A stretch of DNA of 64,000 nucleotides from Mobula hypostoma (GCF_963921235.1 NC_086097.1:160210001-160274000); one strand, 5' to 3'; counted from the stretch's first letter, positions 36,693-50,459 are shown. A program made the numbers and translations. The notes: generated from the letters alone by a model not told the origin.

Positions 36693-36697
36693 TACTC

Positions 36698-37507
36698 TGT
36701 AACCCTCTTACTGGGGTTCGTATACAAACTGGCCCATTAGCTAATTGTGTTAACAGCCACATGACTCTACAGTGAGAAAGCCACCTTTCATATACAATAT
36801 ATGTTCAGGATCGGTATGATTTGGGGTTCAACCAAACAGGAAAGTTGGAATGTTCTGATTCAGGAACTTTGATTGTAGCGTATGTGGTGTATATGCTGCT
36901 CACACATATCCATCGGTTGCCAAGAAATGATAGATCATACACCAGCATAAATTTAGAACGAAAGTATCTTTAGCAATTTTCTACTTTATCAAACAGTTAA
37001 CAGGAACATAAAAGAAATATCAAAGGGCCCATTACAGTTAAACCTGTCAAATGTGCATAATAACGTTGGAGCTCATTTTTGAAGTAGTTGAGTGTATCAT
37101 TGTACTGATGTGTTAAACCCACATTCTGCATGATTTCCCTCAAAGACCATCTCAAACAAACTGGCTAACTCAGAAATATTGGCACTTCCTCCTTGGAACC
37201 ATTCACCTGCACAAAGCACTTCCAACAATGGGGTCTCTCCTTCAGGCAGCATTTTGTGGGCATTCCCCCCTTGTGTCCCACTCCCACCAAAAGCTCCAAA
37301 ACCAAACTACTGTCCTTCAGAAATCTGAGTTGCAACACATACCCAGACAATTCTGATTGGCTGACATGACATTTCTAAATTGGACAACATGGTTTTATCT
37401 TTAGCCAAAGTCAAAACATTCTTACTAGCAGGACACATCGCAGCGAAGTGCTAAAATAAAAAGATACCTCACAGCATGGCAATAGGAATCTTAATGAGGG
37501 TATTGCA
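36698..37507. mobile_element. Solo LTR, 810 bp, 4-bp TSD
   Basis: actc|TGTAACCCTC...GAGGGTATTGCA|actc; the Penelope 3' end resumes right after. Confidence 0.8.
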
Positions 37508-38377
37508 ACTCCTTTCCATAGTTGCTGACTGTCTTGCTGAGTTCCTCCAGCATTTTGTGTGGGTTACTTTGGATTTCCAGCATCTTCGGATTTTCTTCTG
37601 TTTGTAATTTACTACTTTTCAAATTACTGGAACATTGACATCTTAGACAACATCTATGCATTGCTGTTCAATCAAAAGATCAAAAGATATTTAATAGATG
37701 TGACACGTCTGAGGTGCTGATCACATGTAATGAATCTCGGTTCATAGTTGATAACTTTGTCAGTTCTTGTAAGACTGACAATTTGATTCCAAATATGATC
37801 TCTTCACTTTGCATAAGGTGGTGGCTGTATTAGAACCTGATCCCAACAGCAAGAAGATTAACTAGAGCAAACAAGTTAAGGAGGATAATTGGAGGCAGGA
37901 CACAGGCAAAGTGCTACAAGGTGCCAGGAAACACAGAAAGGACGCTCATATCAGACTGATAACAGACGTAGCCAAATGCAGCAGTAATTCAAGACACATC
38001 ACAGCACAGATAATGCACAGAATGGACTCCTATTATAGAAGAGCAGATGGCAGCTCAGGCAGACAATCAAAAAGTTGTTCACTGGAGATATTAGATGGTG
38101 CAGCACAAACCCTTCAGAGCTCAGCAGTTGAAGAATGAGAACAACCAAGGCAGTCGGGCAGCCAACCAAATTACCTGGTAGATTTTGCAGCAAAACAAAG
38201 CACACAGAGACTGGGCAGCAATTTTGTATGTTTATTTTTTTTTCTTGACATCATTGTAAAAGCAAAGTAAATCTTCTGGATTGTATGATATTGGGTAAAT
38301 ACCTCTTTTATCATGTATCCAACTGCTTGTATGTATTGTACTTGGAAATTGGTTTATTCTTTCCAAATTCACTGTGA

Positions 38378-41300
38378 CATAAGAACAGGTTTTAGAGCAG
38401 AAGACATTGGAGCAGAACTTCACCATTCCACCCATTGAATCTGCTCTGCCATTTCACCATGGGTCATCCATTTCTCTCAAACCCATTCTCCTGCCTACTC
38501 CCTGAAACCTTTCAGGCACTGACTAATGAAGGACCTATCAAGGACCGCCTTAAATAGACCCAGTGATCTGGCCTCCACAGCCACCTGTGGCAATAAATTC
38601 AACAGATTCAACACCCTCGGGCTAAAATATCCTCTTCACCTCTGCTCTAAATGGACATCTTTCTATCTTGAGGCTGTCCCCTCTAGTCCTAGAACCCCCC
38701 CCCCCACTATAGGAAATATCCTCTCTATCTAGGTTTTTCAACATTCTATAGATTTCAATAAGAACCACCCTCATTGTTCTAATTTCAAGCAAGTAAAGGT
38801 CCAGAGCTATCAATCACTTCTCATAAACTAAGCCTTTAATTCCCAGAATAATTTTCATCAAAGTCCTCTGAACCCTCTCCAATGTCAGTACATCCTTTCT
38901 TAAATGAAGGGCCTGAAATAATACTCCAAGTGAGGCCTTACCAGTGCCTTTTAAAGCCTCAGCATTACAATAAGGTGTACTACAGAGGCTAGTGCTCCAT
39001 CATGCGAACTAGCCTCTGTAGTATCCAGGACCCCTTTAAGAAGTGATCCCTCAAAAAGGCAGAATCCATCATTAAGGACTCCCATCACCCAGTACATGCC
39101 TTGCTCTCATTAATACCATCAGGAAGGAGGTACAGGAGCCTAAAGGTATGCACTCAATGATTCAGAAACAGCTTCCTCCACTAAACACCATAAATTTCTC
39201 TTCTGCTGGTGATATTAAACCTGATTCTCATTCCAATTCTGGTTTCTTGTTTTCATATTCTAATACTCTCGAAATGCATGGGTAACATTGCATCTTCCTT
39301 CCTCAACATTGAGTCACCCTTCAAATAAACATCAATGGAATCCTGCACAAGGACTTCCTTTGCACCTCAGAGTTTTGAGTTTTATCCCCACTTAGAAAAT
39401 AGTCTATGCTTTTATTTCTTCTACCAAAGTGCATGACCATACACTTCCCGGCATTGTGTTCCATCTGCCATTTCTTTGCTCATTCTCTCTACGACCTTCT
39501 GCAGACTCCCTGCTTCCTCAACACTACCTGCTCCTCCACCTACCTTCGTATTGTCTGCAAATGTGGCCACAAAGCCATCAATTCCATCATCCAAATCATT
39601 GACGTATAACATTAAAAGAAGCTGTCCCAGCACTGAATTATGTAGAATACCACTAGTCATTGGCAGCTAAAAAGAAAAGGCTTTCTTTATTCCCACTCTT
39701 TGCCTCCTACCAGTCAGCCAATGCTCTATCCATGACAGTGTCTCTCCTTTAATATCATGGGCTCTTGTTAAGCAGCCTCATGTGCAGCACCTTGTCAAAA
39801 TGCCTCTGAAAATCCAGGTACACAACAACCATTGATTCTGCTTTGTCTATTTTGGTTTTTATTTCCTCAAAGAATTCCAACAGATTTGTCAGGTAAGATT
39901 TTCCCTTAAGGAAACCATGCTGACTTTGGTCTATTTTATCATGTGCCTATTTTATTCGGTAAGCCATAAGCACATCCTTAACAGTCGACTCCAACATCTT
40001 CCCAACAACTGAAGCCAGGTTATCTGGCCTATAATTCTCTTTCTTCTGCTTCCCTCCGTTCTTGAAGAGTGGAGTAACAGTTGCAATTTCCCAGTCCTAC
40101 AGATCTATGCCAGACTCTGTTGATTCTTGATATATTCTTGAAAGGTCATTATTGATGCCCCCACAATCTCTTCAGCTATGTCTTTCAGAAACTTGGGGTG
40201 TAGTCTATCTGGCTCAACTGACTTATCCAGCTTCAGATCTTTCAGTTTCCCAAGCATCTGCACTCTAGTAATAGCAATGGCATTCACTTCTGCCCCCTGA
40301 CACTCTTGAACTTCCAGTATACTGCTTGTGTTCTCCATAGGGAAAGTTGATGCAAAATACTTATTCAGTTCATCTCCCATTTCCTTGTCCACCAATACTG
40401 CTTCTCCAGTGTCATTTTCCAGAGGTCCAATATCTACTCTCGCCTCTCTTTCACTTTTTAAGTATCTGAAGAAACCTTTAGTATCCTCTTTGAATTATTG
40501 GCTAGCTTATCTTCATATTTAATAGTGCCCCCATGACTTTTTGGTTGCCTTCTGTTTGTATTTAAATCTTTCCTAATCCACCAGCTTCCCATTAATTTTT
40601 ACTGTATTATATGTCCTCTCTATTGCTTTCATGGTGGCTTTGACTTCCCTTGTCAGCCATGGTTGCATCATTGTGCCTTTAGAATACTGCTTCTTCTTTG
40701 GAATGCATCTATCCTGCACCTTCCAAATTACTCCCAGGAACTCCAGCCATTGCTTCTCTGGCTGTGTCCCCTCCAATCATCCTTGGCCAGCTCCTCTCTC
40801 CTGCCTCCGTATTTCATTTTACCCCACTGTAATACTAATACACCTATCTTTAGCTTCTCCCTCTCAAATTGCAAGGTGAATTCTATCATAATCTGATCTC
40901 TGCCTCCTAAGCTCCTTAAGCTCCCTAATCAAATGTGTTTCATTACAGAACACCAATCCAGAATAGCTGATCCCATAGTGGGCTCAACCACAGCTGCTCT
41001 AAAAGGCCTTCTCGTAGGCATTCTACAAATTGTCTCTGGGGATCCAGTACCAACCTGATTTTCTGAATCTGCTTGCAAGTTGAAGTCCCCCATGACTACT
41101 GTAGCATTTCCCTTTAGACATGCCTTTTCTATATCCGATTGTAATTTGTAGCCCATATCCAGGATGCTGTTCAGAGGTCTGTATGTAGCTCCCACTAGGT
41201 CTTTTTACCCTTACAGTTTCTTAACTCTCCCACAAGAATTATACTTCTCCTGATCCTATGTCACCTCTTTATAAGGATTTGATCTTATATTTAACCAACA

Positions 41301-42295
41301 GATCCACACTACCATCTGTCTACCAGCCTGTCCTTTCAATAGAATGTGTATCCTTGGATGTTAAGCTCCCAGCTATAATCTTCTTTCAGCCATGACTCAG
41401 TGATGTCCACAACATCATACCTGCCAGTTTTTAACTGTGCTACAAGATCATTTACTTTATTCTGTATACTGCGTGCATTCAAATAAAACACCTTCAGTCC
41501 TGCATTCATCTCTCTTTTCAATTTTGTCCCCCTTTAGCACTACAATTCATCCCACTGTCTGCAATTTTGACCTATCAACTGCCTGTCCTTTCTGACAGTC
41601 TCACTACACACTGTCAATGCTTGTAAACAAATAGTCCAATCTTCAGCTCTATCACTCTGGTTCCTATCCCCCTGCCAAATTAGTTTAAACCCTTCCTAAC
41701 AGCTCCTATCCCTATCACTACTGCAATCCTCTTCACCACCCTTCCCTTCTGAACCACAGCACCATTCTCAGGGCCAGAGATCCAGTTGCTGTAACTCCCT
41801 CCCCCCCCCCCAGTAGTTTATTCCCCTCAGAAGTATGCAAAACAGTATACTTATTACTGAGGGGAGCAGCTACAAGGGAGCTCTGGTCACCTATTTCACT
41901 TCCCACTTCTGACAGTCACCCATTTACCTGTCTCCTGCAACTTAGGGGTGACTACCTCCCTGGAGCTCCAATCTATCTCCTCTTCATTATCTCGTATGAA
42001 CTGAAGGTCATCAAGCTGCAGCTCCAGTTTCTTAGAATATTTTCTGAGGAGCTGAGCTCGGTGCACCTAGGACAGATGTGGTTATTCAGGAGGCTGGAGG
42101 TCTCTTAGAATTCCCACATCTCACACAAAGAACACAACACAGCCCCTGGAGCTGATCTCTAACTGATAAAAAATGAAACATGAAAAAGAAGAAACTCACC
42201 TGATACTAAATCATCCAAGCTTGTTCTCACTGAACGTTGATGTGCCAAAGCCTCGCATCTCTAACACTGGTCCATTCACACAATGGCCGCTGCAA
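38378..42295 (-). mobile_element. Near full-length but degraded CR1 LINE (ORF1 partly deleted, APE, RT)
   Basis: Minus ORFs FYLNARSIQNK/ITESWL, MGDFNL, TFADNTK; ORF1 zinc finger VLCSLCEMWE at about 42110-42140. Confidence 0.85.
38972..39242 (+). mobile_element. Rex1/Babar 3' fragment inserted in CR1
   Basis: SIIKDSHHP...PSGRRYRSL remnant and attaaacctgattctcattcc tail. Confidence 0.7.
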
Positions 42296-42619
42296 AAACT
42301 GTCCCCTCTGCTTGTCCCTATTTTTATTTGCCCTTGCTAATGAATTATAACTGCACTGCCGATAACAAAACAAATTCCCACAAAGGCTCCTTTTCTAAAT
42401 CTCCTTCTGCCAAACCTGTAAGAGGCCTCCTCCACAAATTTAGCTGCAACTGCACCATGTTTGCATGCCACACAGATAAACCACTTTATGGAGAAGACAC
42501 GAGGAAAGTAAAAATGAACAGCATGCAGAATGCAACTGTGTTTTGAAAGAGTAGACCAATTATCATAAATGTGATGAATAGTTTTGCTGAGAGCATTTTG
42601 CAAAGAGTTTACCCGCTTT

Positions 42620-43077
42620 AGAACATAGAACATAGAACATAGAATAGTACAGCACAGTACAGGCCCTTCGACCCACAATGTTGTGCCGACTCTCAAACCC
42701 TGCCTCCCATATAAGCCCCCACCTTAGATTCCTCCATATACCTGTCTAGTAGTCTCTTAAACTTCACTAGTGTATCTGCCTCCACCACTGACTCAGGCAG
42801 TGCATTCCACGCACCAACCACTCTCTGAGTAAAAAACCTTCCTCTAATATCCCCCTTGAACTTTCCACCCCTTACCTTAAAGCCATGTCCTCTTGGATTG
42901 AGCAGTGGTGCCCGGGGGAAGAGGCGCTGGCTATCCACTCTATCTATTCCTCTTATTATCTTGTACACCTCTATCATGTCTCCTCTCATCCTCCTTCTCT
43001 CCAAAGAGTAAAGCCCTAGCTCCCTTAATCTCTGATCATAATGCATACTTTCTAAACCAGGCAGCATCCTGGTAAAT
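42620..43077 (-). mobile_element. CR1 3' fragment (subfamily A), young
   Basis: ORF 42693-43112 nearly identical to the copy at 330-779; (AGAACAT)n tail. Confidence 0.93.
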
Positions 43078-45039
43078 GACACCATCTTGATTAGAATATT
43101 AGCACTGAACAAACTAGAATGATTTTGTTTATCTTGTAATAAATACAGAGAAAAGTAAATGTTTTTTCTCCTTTAGTAATTAATTTAATATGGCGCTTTG
43201 TTAGTTTTAACCTGCTAGCAATCCTCCACTATCTTAAAGACTGCTACTGAAAAAGATCCTACGTATCTCAAATGCTGAACTTTACAATGACATTGCAAAA
43301 AACCAAATAGAAGAAACCCACGAAAGGCTGCCATCCATTTCTCACAGAGACATCTTCTTCAATTTCTCAATGGCAAACCAGGAAAGCAGTCAGTAAAATA
43401 AATGAAGGTGAATCATTTTGCTCCACATGCTAAAATGAAAATACAGTATTTCTATTTCGGTTCACTTAATTCAATCAGTGCAACTTGCCTTTACAAATGA
43501 AAACAAAATGATGAACAATTCTAAACTGTGCCACACCGGTGAGCCAGTTTGCTTCTCTGAATGAAATAAAATAGCTGCAGAGTACTTACATGTGTTCTGT
43601 CTTCCAGCTGGGACTGCCCTTATAGCTTTTACACTTATTATGATTGGCAACAAGATAAAAACAAATATTGACAATGCCAGAAGTCACCAAGATGTCAGGG
43701 TGCAGTTGTGCAGAGCAAAATGGAGAGAAGTAAAAAAAGATTTTGTCCCCCTGGAACATGAATCCTGTTTCTCCATGTACAAATTCAGCCTAAACCACAG
43801 TGTATTTCCAGTATTTTCTGTGTATTTTTATCTCTGCTTCCCTGTCATGAATTCCTTTGTTTGAGCTTTATCTTTAGTCCCCAAAAGAAGTGATTCTGCA
43901 GAGAATCCAGCTCCATTTATCTCCCAGCATCAAAAATATAAAGTATTTATTGAGCCCAAGACTGGCTAACAAATGTTTGTAAAAAAACACAGATCCTGGT
44001 TCATTTGTATGGGCTAACCTTCAAATCAAATTTTACTTTTTACATTACGTAATAAAATTTTGCTTGAAAGCATGACAAATATTTGCCAAATTTTACCTAA
44101 ATAATTGTGGACAAAATGGTTGGTTCTGTATGCCAAAGTCTGAACATATTGAACAAAATGTTCTATTGCCAATGGATCAATGGATGGATGCCGGTCTGTT
44201 CCTGAATCAGTTTGAATGCTGAACCTGACTGCAGAAATCCCAGGCTTGTCAGTTATTTCCCAGTCATATCCCTAATTAAAAGCTGGCATTCTTTCCCCAG
44301 CAAAGCTCTTGCGAAGACTAGGACTAGACAAGTCTCAGCCTGAACTCAGGTCCTCTGCATTCCTCTGCATTCGACCACTGCATACTATAACAGAGATCTT
44401 CAGTCTGATTCTCTTTAATGCATCAGCTTTCCCAAATCTTTACACTATGTAACAAATTCAGCTTTCTTAGAGAGTATTTTGGTTGCTTACTCCCGAAGGA
44501 GGTGGACTCCCCAGGGCCTATGTATATGCAATAAAGAGACTATGGTAATATTGGCCTTGTTGAGCTATCAGTTTTGTGATCGTCATATATGCCAAGATAG
44601 AGCGCAAAACTTTGCATGCTATCCAGGCAGATCATGTCATACATCAAGGTAGTAATGCAGAATATATTGTTGCAGAATGGGAGGGATCAGTGATTATGTT
44701 GGCTGCTTTCCTGTAGAGGTAGAAAGGGTAAAGAAACTCACTTGTGATTGTCAGTGGATTTCAATATAACACACTGTATTACCCATTAAATCCCGACATA
44801 AACAAATCCTGTTTGCAACTTACTCTATTCTATACAAAGCAGACCTTGCAGTAACATTGTTTAAATGAAAGTCTTTTGATGGCAGTCTATTTCACTTCCT
44901 TTCTCATGCCCATACAAGATCAATGAAAATACATACTTCAAGTCGGCCGAATGGGATATAGAAGCTAGTTTGTAGAATTATCAACTTATAACCTAAATTT
45001 GGTCAACACTACACCTTGCTATTACATTTATTCTTCGTA

Positions 45040-45395
45040 GATGGTTGATACTACTTTGCCAGTATTTACTTCCCATCCTGAGAACATTCAAGTCAATCAG
45101 ATGGAGTAGGATTGGAGTACTGGATTGACGAGAATAAGGGTGGGAGTTTGGGGCAAGACTGAGGTGAGGAGTTTTTTCTCAGAGGGTTCATAAACTTTGA
45201 AATTCTTCAGCTATAGGGTGTGAGAACAGAATTATTGATATATTTAAGGCAGTTTGAATTGGACGGAATTAAGGAGAATTGGGATCAGGTGAAAAAGTGG
45301 TGAACAGTCAAACCTGCCATGATCTTCTGAAATGACAAAGCAGGCTTGGAGGGCTTATATGGCTTCCATCTGCTTCTATTCTTATAATCTTATTT
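45040..45395 (+). mobile_element. Old CR1 3' fragment
   Basis: ttttttctcagaggg...tttaaggcag...ttcttataatctt. Confidence 0.5.
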
Positions 45396-46159
45396 TCCTG
45401 TAAGCATTGATAAAGTTAAGGAACAAATTTTTATCTGAGCTTCATCGTTATTATTTTTCCTTTATGAATACAAGCCACTGGATTTATTGAACTCTGTTTC
45501 AGCATCATCTGCAATGACGATGGTAGACTTCCTACATCACTTAATGCACTTATTGTTAGGTATGTCTCCCCAAAACCAAGTTAGTAAACCTCAGCTTAAT
45601 ATGAGGGCTGATCTCTCATCAATTTCCACTGGGGACTCTTCAGTTAGAATCATTAAACGTTTCTATTTTTGTGCAAAAATTTATACTATTAGATGTCAAC
45701 CTACATGCCACTTTTTTTGTTCAGAAAGATCCCAGAATTTCATACTAAGACTTTAACATAACACCTTATTTCCAAGTTATTATACCTCCCCCTCACCCAT
45801 TTAACATGCTTCATTCTACACAATGAAAGCAATGAAAATACTGAGTATGATGACTGTCTTTTAGTACAATCTGTTCTAGTACTGTCACAAGAAAAAATAG
45901 TACTCTTCCAATGAAGGGTGAGGCACAGGATGTTTTACAGCCATCTTCCTTTAACACTGACTTTCAAGATCTCAGGACATAAGAATTTCTGTCTGGCAAA
46001 AATTGAATTGTTTTGAAGACTAAGTGGATGGATTATGTTTATACATGGAAGAGGAATTCTTGGATGAAATGTCATATTGCAAAGCTGAATCAACATACAT
46101 GGAGCTGCCTTCCTTTCTGATCTTCAGAAAGCAAATAGGCCACTAAATATCATTAAGAA

Positions 46160-46480
46160 TGGTTGCAGGCCCTTCATCCACCAACTCTGTACCAACCATG
46201 AAGCACCTATCTAATCCTATTTTATTCTCTCCGTATTTCCTTCATCTCTGCCCACATTATACCACTCACCCACTCACTTGGGGCAATTTACATTGTCTAG
46301 TTAATCTATCAACCAGCTCGTGTTTTGTATTTTGGAGGAAATGGAAGCAATTTGGATAGACCAATGCAGTGATGGGGCCAGATAGCACCCAAGGTCAGGA
46401 TTGAACCAGGATCTCTGGTAGTATGAGACATTAGATTTATGTTTCATGCCACTGAGCTGAACCAGCTGTGCCACCGTGTG
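46160..46480 (-). mobile_element. V-SINE-like tRNA-derived SINE, degraded
   Basis: ggggcaatttaca...ggaggaaa...ggtcaggattgaaccaggatctctgg (B-box GGTTCAATCC on the minus strand), with a CR1-like 3' end. Confidence 0.6.
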
Positions 46481-46974
46481 ACTCCTCTTTGTGTGTAAGG
46501 TTTCATGATCTTCTTCCCACTTACCTCTATCAATTTTCTCTTTGGAATTTATAACAGAAATGAAAATTGTTTCAGCATAATGGGAGCCAATCCACACTTC
46601 TGGTTTTATGTCAGAATTGACCAGAGAAAAACTACTTTTGTTCTGCCATCTTCTATTCTGCCTCATAACTCTATTACTTCTGCTTCTTAAATATTTCCCA
46701 ATTGGCACTTAAGCTCTTTACAAACATTTCTATTTCTTTTCTCCACATCTCTTTCTTTCCGTCATCCTCTTCTCCTGTAACATATTGATCATTTTCACCA
46801 GAGGCATTTCTCAGTTTTGAGTCAGCTAATATGAGAGTCAGCTAACTCTTCTCCCCATGGACACTAGCAATTCTGTTTTTGATTCTGTGTTTCACCGATG
46901 TCCACTGCTAAAGCCAACCTGATACTGTCAGGGTTGATTTTTCTCTTCAGAATCATTGGTTCTTTTGGAGAAAC

Positions 46975-47385
46975 AAGCAATGTACTGGAGGAGTTCAGTG
47001 GGCCAAACAAAATCATTGGAGAGAGGGGAAATGATGAAACTTAGGGTTGAAACCCTGCATCAAGACTGAGAATGGAGAAGAGAGATGGGCGGTATAAAAA
47101 AGAAAGAGATTGATGAGACAAAAATCCAAGGTGATTGGTGGACTGAGGAGGGGTGACAGTTGATGGACAGGTTGCACTTGGTAGAGAAGGAGAGGAAGGG
47201 TGGAATTGGGAGATAGTGACAGGTGAATGATAGATAAAGGCAAACAGAAGAGAAAGGGAAAAAATGAGAAGCAAACAGAGCAAGGTGGGGGGGGAAGTGG
47301 AGTGTAAAAGTTAGAGACAGCTGTTGGATGGAAATAAGTAGGAACACAAAGGACTACTAGTGTTGGACTTTGATAATTCTTTCTA
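46975..47385 (-). mobile_element. Penelope-like 3' terminal fragment
   Basis: ctggaggagttcag...; minus strand reads cagtcttgatgcagggtttcaaccc after a pyrimidine-rich tract, same layout as 36380-36690. Confidence 0.6.
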
Positions 47386-47769
47386 CAGATGTGCACTGGG
47401 TTGGGAATGAATTTAGTATCTCAACTTTCAATCAACTTCTTAACTATTTTTGAACAGATTTGAAAGTCAAAGAAAGCCACTAGGAATTTTAAAGAATACT
47501 GTCTCAACGTCATCTTTTTCCAATACTTTTTTTTAAATTCACCAATTGAGGGCTTCATTAGCAGAACCAGCAATTAATGCCTGTTCATAATTGACCTTGA
47601 ATGAAAGCAGTTTGTGATTGATTTCAGAGTGTGATATATGTAGTCATACATAGCAGATATTCTGCTTTCATTTTTCAGGATGAGGTTATTGTTTGACAAG
47701 GGCAGCAGAATGCTCAGCCTACTGCTGTTCACACTGCTGATGCATGATGTACTGTTAGATCCAGCACAG

Positions 47770-49225
47770 AATTAGAATCAGAATCAGGTTTAATATCACT
47801 GAGATTTGTTGTTTTGTAGCAGCAGTACATTGTAATACATACTATTTTTTTAAAAAACTGTTAATTACAGTAAAAAAATATACATATATTAAACTAAGTT
47901 AGTAGTGCAAAAAGAGAGTGAAAAAATAGTGAGAGAGTGTTCATGGGCTCATTGTCTGATGGCAGAGGAGAAGAAACTATTCCTAAAATGTTGAGTGAGT
48001 GGCCTCAGGCTCCTGTACCTCCCCCTTGATGGTAACAATGAGAAGATGGCATTTTCTGGGTGATGTGGGTCCTTGCCAAATGGCCTAATTCTCCTTCTAT
48101 ACCTTATGGTCTTAATAATGGATGCCTGAGGATTAGCTCTTGAAGATGTCTTTGATGCTGGGGAGGCTCATGTCTGTGATGGAGCTAGATGGGTTTACAA
48201 CGTTACATAGCATTTTTCAGTATTGTGCAGTGGCCCCTCCATACCAGATGGTGATGCAACCAGTTATAATGCTTTCCATGGTACACCTTTAGAAATTTGA
48301 GAGAGTCTTTGGTGACATACCAAGGCTCCTCAGCTCCTAATGAAATATAGCCACTGTCATGTCTTCTTTGTAACTGCATCCACATGTTGGACCTAAGATA
48401 GATCTTCAGAGATGTTGACAGCTTGGAACTAGAAACTGCACACCCTTTCCACTGCTGATTCCTCAATGAGGACTGGTGTGTGCTTCCTTGACTTCCCCTT
48501 CATGAAGTCTACAATCAATTTCTTAGCCTTATTGACAGTGAGCGCAAGAATGATATTCCCTATCCACACTGACTGTGGTCCCCGGTGAAGAACGATCTAG
48601 TTGCAGAGGGAGGTAGAGTGGCCCCATTTATAGAGCTTTTTGATTAGAACTAGGGCTATAATTGTGTTGAATGCTGAGCTGTAATCAATGACTAAACTCT
48701 CAAAGCACTTCATCACAGTGGATGTGAGTGTAGCCAGGTGATAGTTGTTGTGACAACTCACCCTACTCTTCTTGTGCACTGGTACAATTGTCACCCTTTT
48801 GAAGCAGGTGAGGACATCCTACTACAGCAGTGAGATATTGAAGATGTCCTTGAACACTCCTGCCAGATGGTTGGCACAGAATTTCAGTGCTCTACCAGTT
48901 ACATCATTAGGGCCTGACACCTTGCGAGAGTTCACCCTCTTGAAAGAAGTTCTAATGTTAGCCTCTGAAACAGAGATCACTCGGTCACCAGGTACTGTAG
49001 GGATTTGCACAGTTGTAGTTTATTCTCCCTTTCAATTTGTGTGTAAAAGGTATTGAGCTCATCTGGGGGTGAAATATCACAGGCATTCATGTTAGGTTTT
49101 GCCCGGTAGGAAGCAATAGCCTGCAATCCCTGCCAGAGCTGATATCCGATTTCATCTCAACCTTCCATCAAAATTGTTTTCTGATTATTAACCTTTAAAA
49201 TGGCCTTCCATAGATTGTACCTGGA
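47770..49225 (-). mobile_element. Rex1/Babar LINE, truncated and internally deleted
   Basis: Minus ORFs GPNDVTGRALKFCANHLAGVFKDIFNISL, TSTVMKCFE, DYSSAFNTI; (AGAATC)n tail. Confidence 0.85.
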
Positions 49226-49254
49226 TTCAAAGATGAGTCCCAGACTATTGTCCA

Positions 49255-50225
49255 GTCTACTGACTCAAAGCAGCTCCGTAAGAGCTCGTCTCTCTCCCTG
49301 TAACCACAATATTAAGTTTGCTGATGACACAACTGTGGTTGGCCTCATCAGCAACAATGATGAGTTGGCACACAGAAAGAAAGTACAGTGGCTTGTGGAC
49401 TGATGCAAACACAACAACTTGATTCTCAACATGGACAAGATTAAAGAGATGATTATGGACTTCAGGAAGTTGCAAGTTTACCACTCCCTATTGCATATCA
49501 ATGGCTCCTCTATGGGAAGAATCGAGAGCACCTAGTTTCTTGGAGTGCATATCACGGATGATCTCACTCATTCCCTCAGCACTATGTCTTTAGTCAAGAC
49601 AGCACAGCAGAGCATTCACTTCCTGAGGAGTCGGGGGCGAGCAAGGCTCCTCACCCTATTCTAACCACATTCTACCGGAGTACATTCAGGAGTGACCTGA
49701 CCAGCTGTATCACTGTCTGGTATGGAGACTGCAAGACCCTGCAATGGATTGTGAGGACAGCTGAGAGAATCATTGGGATATTTCTCCTCCCCCATCCATG
49801 ACATACACCAGAGGTGCAGCATTCACAGACCACACAGCATTATCAAGGACCCTTTCAATTCATCCAACAATCCTATCGTACCACAGTATAAGAACAAAGA
49901 CTGTTAGTTGGGTAACAGTTTCATCCCCCAAGCTGTGAGACTTTTGAACACCCTGCTACCACCCAGTACATATTAATTATGACAGCAGCAGTAGCAGTAA
50001 TACTGTGGTATATTTAACTATATGTCATATTTGCACTTTATTTTACAACGTGTACACCCACAGAATACCTTTTCTTTATCTGATAATATTATTGTGTTAA
50101 TATTATTTTCTGTACTATGTATGATATATGTACTGTGTTTTGCACATTGGACCCTGAGGAGCTTTATTTTGTTCAGTTTTATATATGGATACGGCTGAAT
50201 GACAATAAACTTGAACTTGAACTTG
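49255..50225 (+). mobile_element. Rex1/Babar 3' portion
   Basis: IKFADDTTVVGLISNND; tail aataaacttgaacttgaacttg. Confidence 0.85.
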
Positions 50226-50459
50226 CTCCACTGCCCATCCCCAACCACCCTAGAGAAAGAGGTGAACAATTGAAGGTAGGACTTCAAGGATCTGGACCCA
50301 AATGGTTCCGGCACTGTGCTCCCAAGACAGAATGCTATGTGACTGGAAGAGCAATCTGCAATTGGCAGTGTTTAATGCATCGCCTGTACTTGTCCTTCTT
50401 GGTGGTGGAGGTCATGGGTTCAAGGAGATGCCATCAGAGTAGATGGCACGCACTGCAAG

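Larger units (their letters stand above)
33540..37605 (+). mobile_element. Penelope-like retroelement (RT plus GIY-YIG endonuclease), decayed, with three nested insertions
   Basis: IKPAEKG (34322), LPKIHKPDCPGKPI (about 34548), QTQGVPMDTNVGPSYACLF, decayed YIDD (HIDN), GIY-YIG remnant VIYTIW...LLYIDETKHRLRVCFVEH (36085-36175), pyrimidine-rich 3' region and hammerhead-like core. Confidence 0.9.

Noticed and set aside
43584..43760. Minus-strand GTAAGT donor preceded by a hydrophobic or Met-initiated short frame
   Set aside because: The hydrophobic frame has a stop just upstream and no ATG; the alternative 57-aa frame resembles nothing I recognise
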